Shown one piece after another: positions 27,783 through 37,258 of a DNA stretch of 64,000 nt (positions within the stretch are counted from its first letter, which is position 1; each line of letters starts with the position of its first letter). The notes below the pieces were generated by a model. It worked only from the letters and a program-made list of their open reading frames with translations, made no database searches and was not told where the DNA came from. The position numbers were made by a program, and so were the translations under genes. Location: sequence record DRR723986_6741. One strand, 5' to 3'.

Positions 27783-29138
27783 TTAAGACCCGGGAAAGGA
27801 GATGCCTTTCACTCTACGATAGAGATTCAGGGCGTATTTGTCAGTCATTCCAGAAATGAAATCCACTAAGGACCGAAGTAAAGGATATGGGTTAACTTCA
27901 GCCCCCCAGCCCTTCAGTGGGAAATCTTCCGGCAGAAGTCGAAGTATGCTTTTGTCTTGCCCTGAGAATTTCTCTGGGTCATAAAATTGATGGTAAAGAG
28001 CTTTGGAAAATACTTCTAACAATCCTTCCAAAACTTGAAAACCTGCCGCCTCTTTTTCCAAAACCACTTGAGAACGATAAATTTTTTGAACCGAAACGTC
28101 AGTGATTTTCTGAAGTGCCTTAGCCGAAGGGATGATATCAGTCAGAGCTTTGTCAAAATTGCCTTTGCACATACTTTCCTCAAACTTGGTAAAGACTTCT
28201 ACACATTCGCTGATTAACTCCCCAATTGCTAAGGCTCGCAATGCACCAAGGTTTTGTGTGACAGTTCTAGGCTCCTTTAATTTTTTCGGATCAAATTTAT
28301 CCTTCAAAATCGGAGCTAGAAGCTTCACTGTTTCCTCAAAGCTTACCAATCCCAGAGTACAGCCATCTTCCAGATCAATAATGCTATAGCAAATATCATC
28401 CGCAGCTTCTACCAAGAATGCCAAGGGATGGCGATACCAGCATTCAGGACTGGATTTTTCCATTCCAAGCACAGCTCCCATTTGCTCAAAATCGGCTAAT
28501 TGGTTGATGAAAAACCCGTATTTTTTCTGGCTTCTTCGAGCAATATCCCGCTGTGCTATCATGCTTGGACGTGGATATTTGGTAAATGCCGCCAATGTTG
28601 CATAAGTCAGTTTCAGTCCAAACTGCTTGGAAACAAGCATTCTAAAACCCTGAGCGTTTCCTTCGAAATTGCAGAGATCAGCTAATTGCTCTGTACGTAC
28701 ATGCGATTCCCAGCATTTTCCGGCAGGATGAAATTTAAAGAAATCAGAAATAGCCTCTTCTCCTGCATGACCAAAAGGAGGGTTTCCAATATCATGCGTT
28801 AATGCCGCTGCGGCCACAATTGCTCCAATTTCAAATGGGGTAATACCGGTTTTATTCAGCTGCGGGTACTTTTCCAACAGCATTTCCCCTGCTGCTTTTC
28901 CCAGGGATCGCCCTACACTGGACACTTCTAAGCTATGGGTAAGTCTAGTATGTACGAAAGCCTGCTCAGGCAGAGGAAAAACCTGAGTTTTATCTTGAAG
29001 ATTACGGAATGGAGAAGAAAAAATTATTCGATCATAATCTACTTCAAATTCGCTTCGGGTTACTTGTGTAGGTATAAATCCCGGATTATCACCAAATCTG
29101 CCTCGGGATAAAAGGCGTTCCCATTTCATCATGCCCAA
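27783..29138 (-). CDS. dgt: Deoxyguanosinetriphosphate triphosphohydrolase (HD family)
   Basis: RNLQDKTQVF, HTRLTHSLEV, HDIGNPPFGHAGE, EAADDICY, SGMTD. Confidence 0.92.
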   Translation of the reverse strand: MGMMKWERLLSRGRFGDNPGFIPTQVTRSEFEVDYDRIIFSSPFRNLQDKTQVFPLPEQAFVHTRLTHSLEVSSVGRSLGKAAGEMLLEKYPQLNKTGITPFEIGAIVAAAALTHDIGNPPFGHAGEEAISDFFKFHPAGKCWESHVRTEQLADLCNFEGNAQGFRMLVSKQFGLKLTYATLAAFTKYPRPSMIAQRDIARRSQKKYGFFINQLADFEQMGAVLGMEKSSPECWYRHPLAFLVEAADDICYSIIDLEDGCTLGLVSFEETVKLLAPILKDKFDPKKLKEPRTVTQNLGALRALAIGELISECVEVFTKFEESMCKGNFDKALTDIIPSAKALQKITDVSVQKIYRSQVVLEKEAAGFQVLEGLLEVFSKALYHQFYDPEKFSGQDKSILRLLPEDFPLKGWGAEVNPYPLLRSLVDFISGMTDKYALNLYRRVKGISFPGS

Positions 29139-29234
29139 AAATAAGAAGGTATTGAGACATTACTTTACTATTTGTCATTTTTGAGTTGGCATGGTCATTG
29201 GCATTTCCTTACCACTAAACTAAACTCGATTCGT

Positions 29235-30059
29235 ATGAAAAATATATTTTCCTATCTCCTTATAGCATGCTGGGCTGTTTTTTCAATGTCATGCTCTTCC
29301 GATGATGAGAATCCAAGTGGAGAGTCAGCACGCGTTAATATTTTATTAGTGGATGCACCAGCCTCTTACGATGAAGTATGGGTAGAAGTACTAGCCGTTC
29401 GTGTGAAGATAGATGAGGACGGGATAGAGGATGATGACATTGATGACGACGATGAATCTTCTTGGGTAGAAATTATTTATGACGAAAGTCAACCAATTAA
29501 CCTTTTAGAATTAACAGGAGGAACTAGTGAGCATTTAGGAACAGAGAATTTTCCTGAAGGAGAAATCGATCAAATCAGATTGATTCTTGGTGAGAACAAT
29601 TACGTAATCAAAGACGGTCAGCGTTTTGACATGAAAACACCAAGTGCTCAGCAGAGTGGATTGAAAATTAAAGTGGATGAATACATAGAAGGTGGGATGT
29701 CTTATGATTTGGTAATTGATTTTGATGCTGCTAAGTCTATCGTAGAGGCAGGAAATTCTGGGCAAATCATCCTTAAGCCTGTATTGAGAGCATATTTAGA
29801 CGAAGTTTCTACGGGTATTATGGGTCAAGTTCTACCTTTGGAAGCTCAGCCAGTTCAGGTAACTGTTGAAGGGGAAGGAGAATCTATGAATACATTTGTA
29901 GATGCAAATGGCAATTATAAAATCACTGGATTAGACGAAGGGGCTTATAAAATTACCTTTACTCCAAATGATTCCTATGAAATTGTAACGGTAGAAGGGA
30001 TTATCGTTGAAGATGAAATGGTTACTACGGTGACTTCACAGGTCTTACCGGAAAATTAA
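29235..30059 (+). CDS. DUF4382 domain lipoprotein
   Basis: Lipobox SMSC, LVDAPA, QIRLILG, TPSAQQSGLK, DFDAAKS, LKPVLR. Confidence 0.82.
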   Translation: MKNIFSYLLIACWAVFSMSCSSDDENPSGESARVNILLVDAPASYDEVWVEVLAVRVKIDEDGIEDDDIDDDDESSWVEIIYDESQPINLLELTGGTSEHLGTENFPEGEIDQIRLILGENNYVIKDGQRFDMKTPSAQQSGLKIKVDEYIEGGMSYDLVIDFDAAKSIVEAGNSGQIILKPVLRAYLDEVSTGIMGQVLPLEAQPVQVTVEGEGESMNTFVDANGNYKITGLDEGAYKITFTPNDSYEIVTVEGIIVEDEMVTTVTSQVLPEN

Positions 30060-30074
30060 GGTTTTAGATAATTT

Positions 30075-30101
30075 AGACCAGCTTAGGCTGGTCTTTTTTT
30101 T
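30075..30101 (+). terminator. Intrinsic terminator
   Basis: AGACCAGC-TTAG-GCTGGTCT followed by a T-run. Confidence 0.85.
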
Positions 30102-30154
30102 ATCTAGGTTATCTTGAACTACTGTATTCAATAGATTTGGCCTAAATTTGCTTT

Positions 30155-30952
30155 GTGAAAAAACTTTACTTTTATCTATTTCCAGTAGCATGTGTGCTTT
30201 TCCTAGCATCTTGCGAAGACCCTGATTCAAGTCCAAGATCTTTACTCAATCTGATATTGGTAGATAGTCCTGCCAAATGGGATTCTGTTTTTGTGGAGAT
30301 TGAGGGAGTAGATATAGAGGTATTGGCAGAAGGTCGAGAGACTCAGAGCCAGACTTTTTTCCTGGAATATAAATCCGGTGACAAAAGGATAAAAGTTAGT
30401 GATCTGGTGGGAAGCACTGCACTGCTATTAGGAAGAAGTGAATTGCCGATTGGTCAAATAATAAGTGCTAAGATTATTCTAGGGGATAACCATTCCATGT
30501 TTTTTAATGAGAAAAAATATGTGTTGGCGCTTTCGGATCCTACAAGAAATGAAATTTCATTAGAAACCTCAATCGATATAGAGCAGGGAATTTCCTATGA
30601 TATCTTGCTGGATTTGGATCTTGAAAAGTCCATAGTCCAAGTATCAGAATCTCCCCTAACCTACGAGCTAGATCCAACCTTTACTTTGATAAATGGAATT
30701 GGTACGGTGGATATCAGCGGGACGTTGAAACCAACGACTCTTTATCCGGCGATTTACCTAAGCAATGGTGAGGATACCATATCTACGCATACTGATGCCA
30801 CTGGCAAATATTATTTCAGAGTTCAAGCAGGTTCTTACAATATTTTATTTGATCCGAAGGACGAGTTGTATTTAGATACAGCCTATGCATCAAAGTTGGT
30901 GGTGAGTGAAGATAGTGTACTTGCTCCAATCACATTTAAGAAAAAACCCTGA
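30155..30952 (+). CDS. DUF4382 domain lipoprotein (divergent paralog)
   Basis: Lipobox LASC, LVDSPA, KIILG, DLDLEKSI. Confidence 0.75.
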   Translation: MKKLYFYLFPVACVLFLASCEDPDSSPRSLLNLILVDSPAKWDSVFVEIEGVDIEVLAEGRETQSQTFFLEYKSGDKRIKVSDLVGSTALLLGRSELPIGQIISAKIILGDNHSMFFNEKKYVLALSDPTRNEISLETSIDIEQGISYDILLDLDLEKSIVQVSESPLTYELDPTFTLINGIGTVDISGTLKPTTLYPAIYLSNGEDTISTHTDATGKYYFRVQAGSYNILFDPKDELYLDTAYASKLVVSEDSVLAPITFKKKP

Positions 30953-31977
30953 TGAAAGCTGATGAACTCTACATGCAACGAGCTCTAGAACTTGCAGAAC
31001 TTGGTAGGGGAAAAGTCAGCCCAAACCCAATGGTGGGTTGCGTGATTGTACATCAAGACAGGATTATTGGCGAAGGATACCATCAGCAATATGGTAAACC
31101 GCATGCTGAAGTCAATGCAATAAATTCGGTAGCAAATCAGGATTTATTAGCTGATTCGACGGTCTATGTAACGCTAGAGCCTTGTGCGCACTTCGGAAAA
31201 ACTCCTCCCTGCGCCAATTTGCTGGTGGAAAAAAAAGTGAAGAAGGTTATTATTACAGCTTTCGACAGTAATCCACTAGTGGGCGGAAAAGGGATCCAAA
31301 TTTTGAAAAATGCAGGGATTGTAGTTCAAACGGGTCTTTTAGAACAAGAAGCAAGAATTCAGAACAAGCGGTTTTTTACTCAAATAGAGAAGAAAAGACC
31401 TTATGTGATTTTGAAGTGGGCACAAACGAAAGACGGGTTTGTTGCTAGGGAGGATTATTCCTCCAAATGGATTACAAATTCTTCCAGCAGACAACTGGTG
31501 CACAAGTGGAGAGCTGAGGAAGATGCGATAATGGTCGGTAAAAACACCGCTAAATACGACGATCCGGCATTGAATGTGAGAGATTGGGTAGGGAGAAATC
31601 CCTTACGAATAGTAATTGATAGCAAACTCGAGCTGCCAAATTCACTTAAATTATTTGATGAAGCAGTACCTACGATCTGTTTTAATACGCTGAAATCTGA
31701 AGTAAAAGGCACCTTAGAATATGCTAAGCTGAACCCAGGCTTTAAGATTAAGGATATTCTGGATGAGTTGAATAAGCGAAATATTCAAAGCGTAATTATT
31801 GAAGGCGGAAGTTATTTATTGAATAAGTTTTTGGCTTCCGAACTTTGGGATGAGGCTAGAGTGTTTACAAGCAGTAACAAATTTGGTAGTGGAATAGCAG
31901 CTCCTGTTCCCCCTACCCCGGTTTCCGAGACTATAGAGATCTTGGACGACACTTTAAGAATTTATCATCATGTCTGA
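30952..31977 (+). CDS. ribD: Bifunctional riboflavin deaminase/reductase
   Basis: SPNPMVG, HAE, LEPCAHFGKTPPC, IEGG. Confidence 0.96.
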   Translation: MKADELYMQRALELAELGRGKVSPNPMVGCVIVHQDRIIGEGYHQQYGKPHAEVNAINSVANQDLLADSTVYVTLEPCAHFGKTPPCANLLVEKKVKKVIITAFDSNPLVGGKGIQILKNAGIVVQTGLLEQEARIQNKRFFTQIEKKRPYVILKWAQTKDGFVAREDYSSKWITNSSSRQLVHKWRAEEDAIMVGKNTAKYDDPALNVRDWVGRNPLRIVIDSKLELPNSLKLFDEAVPTICFNTLKSEVKGTLEYAKLNPGFKIKDILDELNKRNIQSVIIEGGSYLLNKFLASELWDEARVFTSSNKFGSGIAAPVPPTPVSETIEILDDTLRIYHHV

Positions 31978-32452
31978 AAGTCTATACATACCTGAATCAG
32001 CTACTAAAGCTGAAAAATACGAAGCTATTTTGCCACAGATCGAAGCCTTGATCAGTGGAGAACCAGATCTATATGCGAACCTAGCCAATATCTCAGCAGC
32101 TCTTAAAGAAGCATTTGACTTCTTCTGGGTTGGATTTTATCTGGTGAAAGAAAATCAGTTGGTATTGGGGCCATTTCAAGGGCCGATTGCGTGTACAAGA
32201 ATATCTATAGGAAAAGGTGTTTGTGGTACAGCGTGGCAAGAAGGCAAGACTGTTCTTGTTCCAGATGTGGATGCTTTTCCAGGACATATTGCCTGCAGCT
32301 CTGCATCTAAGTCCGAGATAGTTGTTCCGGTTTTCAGAGGAGGGTTGGTAGCAATGGTTTTAGATGTGGATTCCGATCAGCTGAATGATTTTGATTCGGT
32401 TGATCAGGAATATTTGGAGAAATTGATGGGAGTGGTGGGAAGCCAGTTGTGA
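31970..32452 (+). CDS. msrC: GAF domain free methionine-R-sulfoxide reductase
   Basis: WVGFY, LGPFQGPIAC, GVCG, HIACSSASKSEIVVP, LDVDS. Confidence 0.88.
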   Translation: MSESLYIPESATKAEKYEAILPQIEALISGEPDLYANLANISAALKEAFDFFWVGFYLVKENQLVLGPFQGPIACTRISIGKGVCGTAWQEGKTVLVPDVDAFPGHIACSSASKSEIVVPVFRGGLVAMVLDVDSDQLNDFDSVDQEYLEKLMGVVGSQL

Positions 32453-32455
32453 TTT

Positions 32456-33229
32456 TTAGAGACTTGAAACCCTCTCACAAAACTCCCTTACTATTTTCAA
32501 ACTTTCCTCTTTTCGCTCGATCATTCCAACGTGTCCGGTGTTTTCGAGTTCGAAATAGTCTGTGATAGCTTCTTGGTGCTTTCGACTCGCATCGATTTTT
32601 ACGGCTCCATCCAGTGTACCAGCGATCATTAACTTTGAGCCAGAGAAGTTTTTCAATACTTCGAAACGATCTTTCCGATTTCTCATCGCTTTAGTCAATG
32701 CGATCAAGCCATCCAGAGAACAATGTTTGGCTTGTTCTATCGCAATGTTGATTTCTTGTTCTAATTCCTCTCTTTTCGCTTCAGGGAAAAGTGGAGGTAC
32801 AAAAGAAGTAGCAAATTTATCTACTCCGTGCTTCTTTAAAAAAATGATTGTGCGATCTCTCATGCCCTTTTTTTCTTCATCATCAGCAAAAGCTGTGGAA
32901 TGGAAAAGCCCAACTGATTTGAGCCTATTTCCCATTAACTCTAGTAAGGCTAACATTACATATCCGCCTAATGAGTGACCGATTACAATGGGATTGTTTA
33001 TAGAATTTTCTTCCATCCAATCTTCTAGCTGGACTGCCAACTCCTCCAAGTTATTTTGTGAAAGAGTCTGAGGGGATTTCCCACAACCGGGAAGATCAGG
33101 ACATATTACTCTGAAATTGGTGGACAAAGTATCTGAAAAGCCTCTCCACATTTCTCCGATCTCGCAGAAACCATGAATCAGGACAACAGGTTGCCCTTCG
33201 CCTTTTTCAAAGAAACTAATTGAAGACAT
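32456..33229 (-). CDS. Alpha/beta fold hydrolase
   Basis: LIHGF, DLPGCG, GHSLGG, GHVG. Confidence 0.88.
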   Translation of the reverse strand: MSSISFFEKGEGQPVVLIHGFCEIGEMWRGFSDTLSTNFRVICPDLPGCGKSPQTLSQNNLEELAVQLEDWMEENSINNPIVIGHSLGGYVMLALLELMGNRLKSVGLFHSTAFADDEEKKGMRDRTIIFLKKHGVDKFATSFVPPLFPEAKREELEQEINIAIEQAKHCSLDGLIALTKAMRNRKDRFEVLKNFSGSKLMIAGTLDGAVKIDASRKHQEAITDYFELENTGHVGMIERKEESLKIVREFCERVSSL

Positions 33230-33230
33230 C

Positions 33231-35150
33231 TTAGGAAATAGTTTTGGAAACCTCAGTGAGGCTTCTAACTGCGGCAGCTATTCCTTCTGGATCAAAACCG
33301 CATTCTTTATGTAATTCAAGCTGCTCACCATGCTCAATGATATCATCAGGAATGCCTAAACGCTTCACCTGAGCTTGGTATCCATGATCTATCATCCACT
33401 CAATCACCGCAGAACCAAATCCGCCCATCAAGCAACCATCCTCTACGGTGATTACCTTTTTGAATTTGCCAAAAATCTCATGAAGCAACTCTCCATCCAG
33501 AGGCTTCACAAATCGCATATCGTATTGAGCAGGATTTAATCCCTCTTTTTCAAGTTTTTTGCAAGCTTCAACAGCATAGTTTCCGATGTGTCCAATTGTT
33601 AAGATGGCGATTTCTTCACCTTCTTTTACAATTCTTCCTTGACCTAGTGGAATTTGCTCGAATGGAGTTTTCCACTCGGGCATTACACCTTTTCCTCTTG
33701 GATAACGGATAGAATAAGGGCCATTGTGAATCGATGCGGAATACATCATATTCCGAAGTTCTTCTTCATTCATTGGTGCTGAAACGACCAAATTGGGAAT
33801 ACAACGGAAATAGGCAATATCGTAAGCTCCGTGGTGTGTTGGTCCATCAGCTCCGGCAAAGCCAGCTCTATCCAAACAAAGAACCACAGGTAGATTTTGT
33901 AAACACACATCGTGCACGACTTGATCGTAAGCGCGCTGCATGAACGTAGAGTAGATATTACAGAAAGGAACAAGCCCTTGAGTTGCCAAGCCAGCAGAAA
34001 AAGTTACTGCATGTTGTTCGGCAATTCCCACATCAAAAGCTCGATCTGGCATTGCTTTCATCATGATATTCATGGAGGAGCCAGACGGCATCGCGGGAGT
34101 TACGCCCATGATTCGATCATCTTGCTCTGCCAATTCTACCAAAGTATGTCCAAATACATCCTGATATTTTGGTGCTTGTGGAGTGCTTGGAGTGCTTTTG
34201 TATATTTCTCCAGTTACTTTGTCAAATGTCCCTGGCGCATGCCAAGTCGTTTGATTTCCTTTTTCTGCAGGACCATATCCTTTGCCTTTCATTGTCACAC
34301 AATGAAGGATTTTTGGTCCAGGAATATCTTTTAGGTCCTTCAGGACCTCTGCCAAGTGATTGACATCGTGACCATCTACAGGACCGAAGTAGCGAAGATT
34401 TAATGATTCAAAAAGATTGCTTTGATTCAACAAGGCGGATTTGATTCCTCCTTCTACTTTGGAGATCACATCTTGTGCGCTTGTTCCAAATTTGCTCAGC
34501 TTTCCTAAGATCTTCCAAACCTCATCTTTTGCTTTATTGTAAGTTTTGGAAGTAGTGATGTCCGTAAGATAATCCTTAAGCGCACCGACATTTGGGTCGA
34601 TAGCCATGCAATTATCATTGAGTATGATCAATAAATTGGTATTACTGACTCCAGCATGGTTCATGGCTTCGAAAGCCATTCCTCCGGTCATTGAGCCATC
34701 ACCGATCACTGCAATGTGCTGCTTTTTCGTAAGACCTTTATATTGTGAAGCTACCGCCATGCCCAAAGCTGCGGAAATTGATGTGCTTGAATGTCCTACT
34801 CCAAACGTATCATATTCACTTTCTTTTCTTTTTGGGAAACCAGAAAGTCCTCCATATAGGCGGTTCGTATGAAAACGCTCTCTTCTTTCTGTAAGGATTT
34901 TATGTCCGTAAGCTTGATGCCCTACATCCCAAACTAGTTGATCTTCGGGAGTGTTAAGTACATAATGAAGAGCGACAGTTAGCTCTACTACACCAAGACT
35001 TGCGCTGAAATGACCACCATAAACGGATACATTATCAATAATAAATTGTCGGAGTTCATCACAGATTTGAACCAGTTTTTCTTTCGGAAACTTTTTAAGG
35101 TCTGCGGGACTATTTATTTGAGCTAATAATTCTCCTGGTTCAATCAGCAT
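33231..35150 (-). CDS. dxs: 1-deoxy-D-xylulose-5-phosphate synthase
   Basis: WDVGHQAY, GDGSMTGG, GIAEQHA, DRAG, DGPTHHG. Confidence 0.97.
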   Translation of the reverse strand: MLIEPGELLAQINSPADLKKFPKEKLVQICDELRQFIIDNVSVYGGHFSASLGVVELTVALHYVLNTPEDQLVWDVGHQAYGHKILTERRERFHTNRLYGGLSGFPKRKESEYDTFGVGHSSTSISAALGMAVASQYKGLTKKQHIAVIGDGSMTGGMAFEAMNHAGVSNTNLLIILNDNCMAIDPNVGALKDYLTDITTSKTYNKAKDEVWKILGKLSKFGTSAQDVISKVEGGIKSALLNQSNLFESLNLRYFGPVDGHDVNHLAEVLKDLKDIPGPKILHCVTMKGKGYGPAEKGNQTTWHAPGTFDKVTGEIYKSTPSTPQAPKYQDVFGHTLVELAEQDDRIMGVTPAMPSGSSMNIMMKAMPDRAFDVGIAEQHAVTFSAGLATQGLVPFCNIYSTFMQRAYDQVVHDVCLQNLPVVLCLDRAGFAGADGPTHHGAYDIAYFRCIPNLVVSAPMNEEELRNMMYSASIHNGPYSIRYPRGKGVMPEWKTPFEQIPLGQGRIVKEGEEIAILTIGHIGNYAVEACKKLEKEGLNPAQYDMRFVKPLDGELLHEIFGKFKKVITVEDGCLMGGFGSAVIEWMIDHGYQAQVKRLGIPDDIIEHGEQLELHKECGFDPEGIAAAVRSLTEVSKTIS

Positions 35151-35279
35151 TTTTCAGCGGTAATGTGTTCAAATTAGAATAACAACAATTGTGCTTTATT
35201 GTTTTTCCATCCAATAAATATTGACATTAGGCGATTGCCTCTTTCTCCTGCCGTTTCCAATTAATTTAGCTTAATTGAA

Positions 35280-35307
35280 TATCTTTGACAACAAGGTGGC
35301 AAAATTA
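35280..35307. promoter_or_regulatory. Overlapping divergent -7 elements for scpA (+, TATCTTTG 35280-35287) and dxs (-, TAATTTTG 35300-35307)
   Basis: TAnnTTTG on both strands in the divergent gap. Confidence 0.45.
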
Positions 35308-35327
35308 ACCAATAATTTAGATATCCT

Positions 35328-36077
35328 TTGAGTTTCGAAATCAAATTACCACTCTTCGAAGGTCCTTTTGACCTGATGCTCTTCTTCATCGAGCGGGATG
35401 AATTAGATATCTATGATATTCCTATTTCCAAGATTACCAATGACTTCTTGGATTATGTCCATCATATGGAACAAATGGAAATGGAAGTTGCCAGTGATTT
35501 TATTCTATTTGCAGCTACGCTGATGAAGATTAAGTCCCGAATGCTATTGCCGAGACCAGAGCTAAACGAGGACGGGGAGGAGATTGATCCTCGTGAGGAA
35601 TTAATCAGAAACCTACTGGAATATAAAAAGTACAAGTCTGTTATTGAGGAGCTTTCTTCTATGGAGGGTGAAGAAATGTCCAAGCAAAAGCGGGGAAATA
35701 TCGCCGCTGAACTGAAGGCCCTGAGCAAAGTAGATGATGTAGATGCAGAAATGCAGGACATGGATTTGTACAAAATGCTGAAAGTCTTTCAGCGTACGAT
35801 GGCTAAAATGGCGGCTCGTGTAGATGAAACAAAACACACCGTGATTCAGTATCCATATACGATTGCCCAGCAAAAGGATTTTGTCCTTGAGAAAATCAGT
35901 TTTAAGAAAAAAGTGCCCTTTGATGAATTCATCAGCTACAAACCCGATAAAATTTTTGTGATCTACACCTTCCTTGCAATTTTAGAATTACTTCAACTTT
36001 CCTTGGTTACCATCATTATTGGTGATGGTTTCAATAACTTTTGGGTGGAAAAGACTGAGCCAATGGCTGTTTCCTGA
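35328..36077 (+). CDS. scpA: Segregation and condensation protein A
   Basis: FEGPFDLML, IKSRMLLP, DPREELI, TFLAILEL. Confidence 0.93.
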   Translation: MSFEIKLPLFEGPFDLMLFFIERDELDIYDIPISKITNDFLDYVHHMEQMEMEVASDFILFAATLMKIKSRMLLPRPELNEDGEEIDPREELIRNLLEYKKYKSVIEELSSMEGEEMSKQKRGNIAAELKALSKVDDVDAEMQDMDLYKMLKVFQRTMAKMAARVDETKHTVIQYPYTIAQQKDFVLEKISFKKKVPFDEFISYKPDKIFVIYTFLAILELLQLSLVTIIIGDGFNNFWVEKTEPMAVS

Positions 36078-36169
36078 TATATGAAATCGAGCATGTCACC
36101 GACTACAATCACCTCCATATTTCTTTTCGGTGCGGGATTCCATCTGAACATAAAGAAGCAATTAAACAG

Positions 36170-37258
36170 ATGAAACTGGATAACAAAAAGATCTTTAAAA
36201 CACTCAATCCTAATAAAATTTGGGTTCCGGTTATCATTGGCTTAGCCATTGTTTTCGCCATGTTTTACTTTGACCCATCGGTAAACAAAGATTCTTTAAG
36301 TGGAATTTTTGATGCGTCAATTCCGTGGATTGTTGTAGCAATTTTGGTCATTTTGTTTCGTGATGCCGGGTATGTTTATAGAATTCGTGAAATCACGGAT
36401 AAGCACCTGACTTGGAAACGGTCCATTTATGTAATCATTCTTTGGGAATTTGCCTCAGCAGTGACGCCCTCAGTAGTCGGCGGTTCGGCTGTAGCTATTT
36501 TTATCTTAAATAAAGAAGGAATCAAACTGGGAAGGGCAATTGCCTTTGTAATGGTGACTGCAATTTTGGATAATCTATTCTTCGTAATCGGTGCTCCCAT
36601 TATCCTATTTTTTGCAAAGGGAAATATTTTTCCAACGAGTAAAGTGCTGGAAATGCAACTGGAAAATAGCATGGAGGCCATATTTTGGATTTCTTATTCT
36701 CTTTATGCTTCCTACAGTGTGGTGATGGCCGCAGCCTTATTTTATAGACCACGAGTTTTCAAATGGGTTTTAATCAAAATATTTTCTATCAAATGGCTTA
36801 GGAAGTGGAAGCACGATGCTCAGGAATATGGTGACCAGATCATAGTAGCCTCCAAAGAACTTTCTGGTAAAAAATGGAATTACTGGGTGCCAATTGTAGT
36901 AGCGACTATACTTATTTGGAGTTCAAGATACCTGATGCTCAATGCGCTGATTTCTGCATTTGTACCATTGGCAGCCTTTGAGCATGTTATTGTATTTGCA
37001 AGACAAGTGATCATGTGGATCGTGATGATGATCTCGCCGACGCCAGGAAGTAGCGGGACCGCAGAGTTTTTCTTCGGGCAATTCTTTACAGAGTTTCTGG
37101 GCAATTACACCTTTGTGACCAGTATTTTGTGGAGACTTTTATCCTATTATCCATATTTGATTTTGGGGGCGTTTTTCCTTCCTCGTTGGATTAAGCAGGT
37201 GTTTTTCAAGAAAAAGAAAAAGAATGTAAATCCGGAGCAAGATGTTTCAGGAAGTTAG
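36170..37258 (+). CDS. Lysylphosphatidylglycerol synthase TM-domain (flippase-like) protein
   Basis: SAVTPSVVGG, SPTPGSSGTAE, WRLLSYY; polytopic. Confidence 0.85.
   Translation: MKLDNKKIFKTLNPNKIWVPVIIGLAIVFAMFYFDPSVNKDSLSGIFDASIPWIVVAILVILFRDAGYVYRIREITDKHLTWKRSIYVIILWEFASAVTPSVVGGSAVAIFILNKEGIKLGRAIAFVMVTAILDNLFFVIGAPIILFFAKGNIFPTSKVLEMQLENSMEAIFWISYSLYASYSVVMAAALFYRPRVFKWVLIKIFSIKWLRKWKHDAQEYGDQIIVASKELSGKKWNYWVPIVVATILIWSSRYLMLNALISAFVPLAAFEHVIVFARQVIMWIVMMISPTPGSSGTAEFFFGQFFTEFLGNYTFVTSILWRLLSYYPYLILGAFFLPRWIKQVFFKKKKKNVNPEQDVSGS

Noticed and set aside
27783-29138. Anti-phage dGTPase
   Set aside because: Housekeeping context with no defence or mobile genes nearby.
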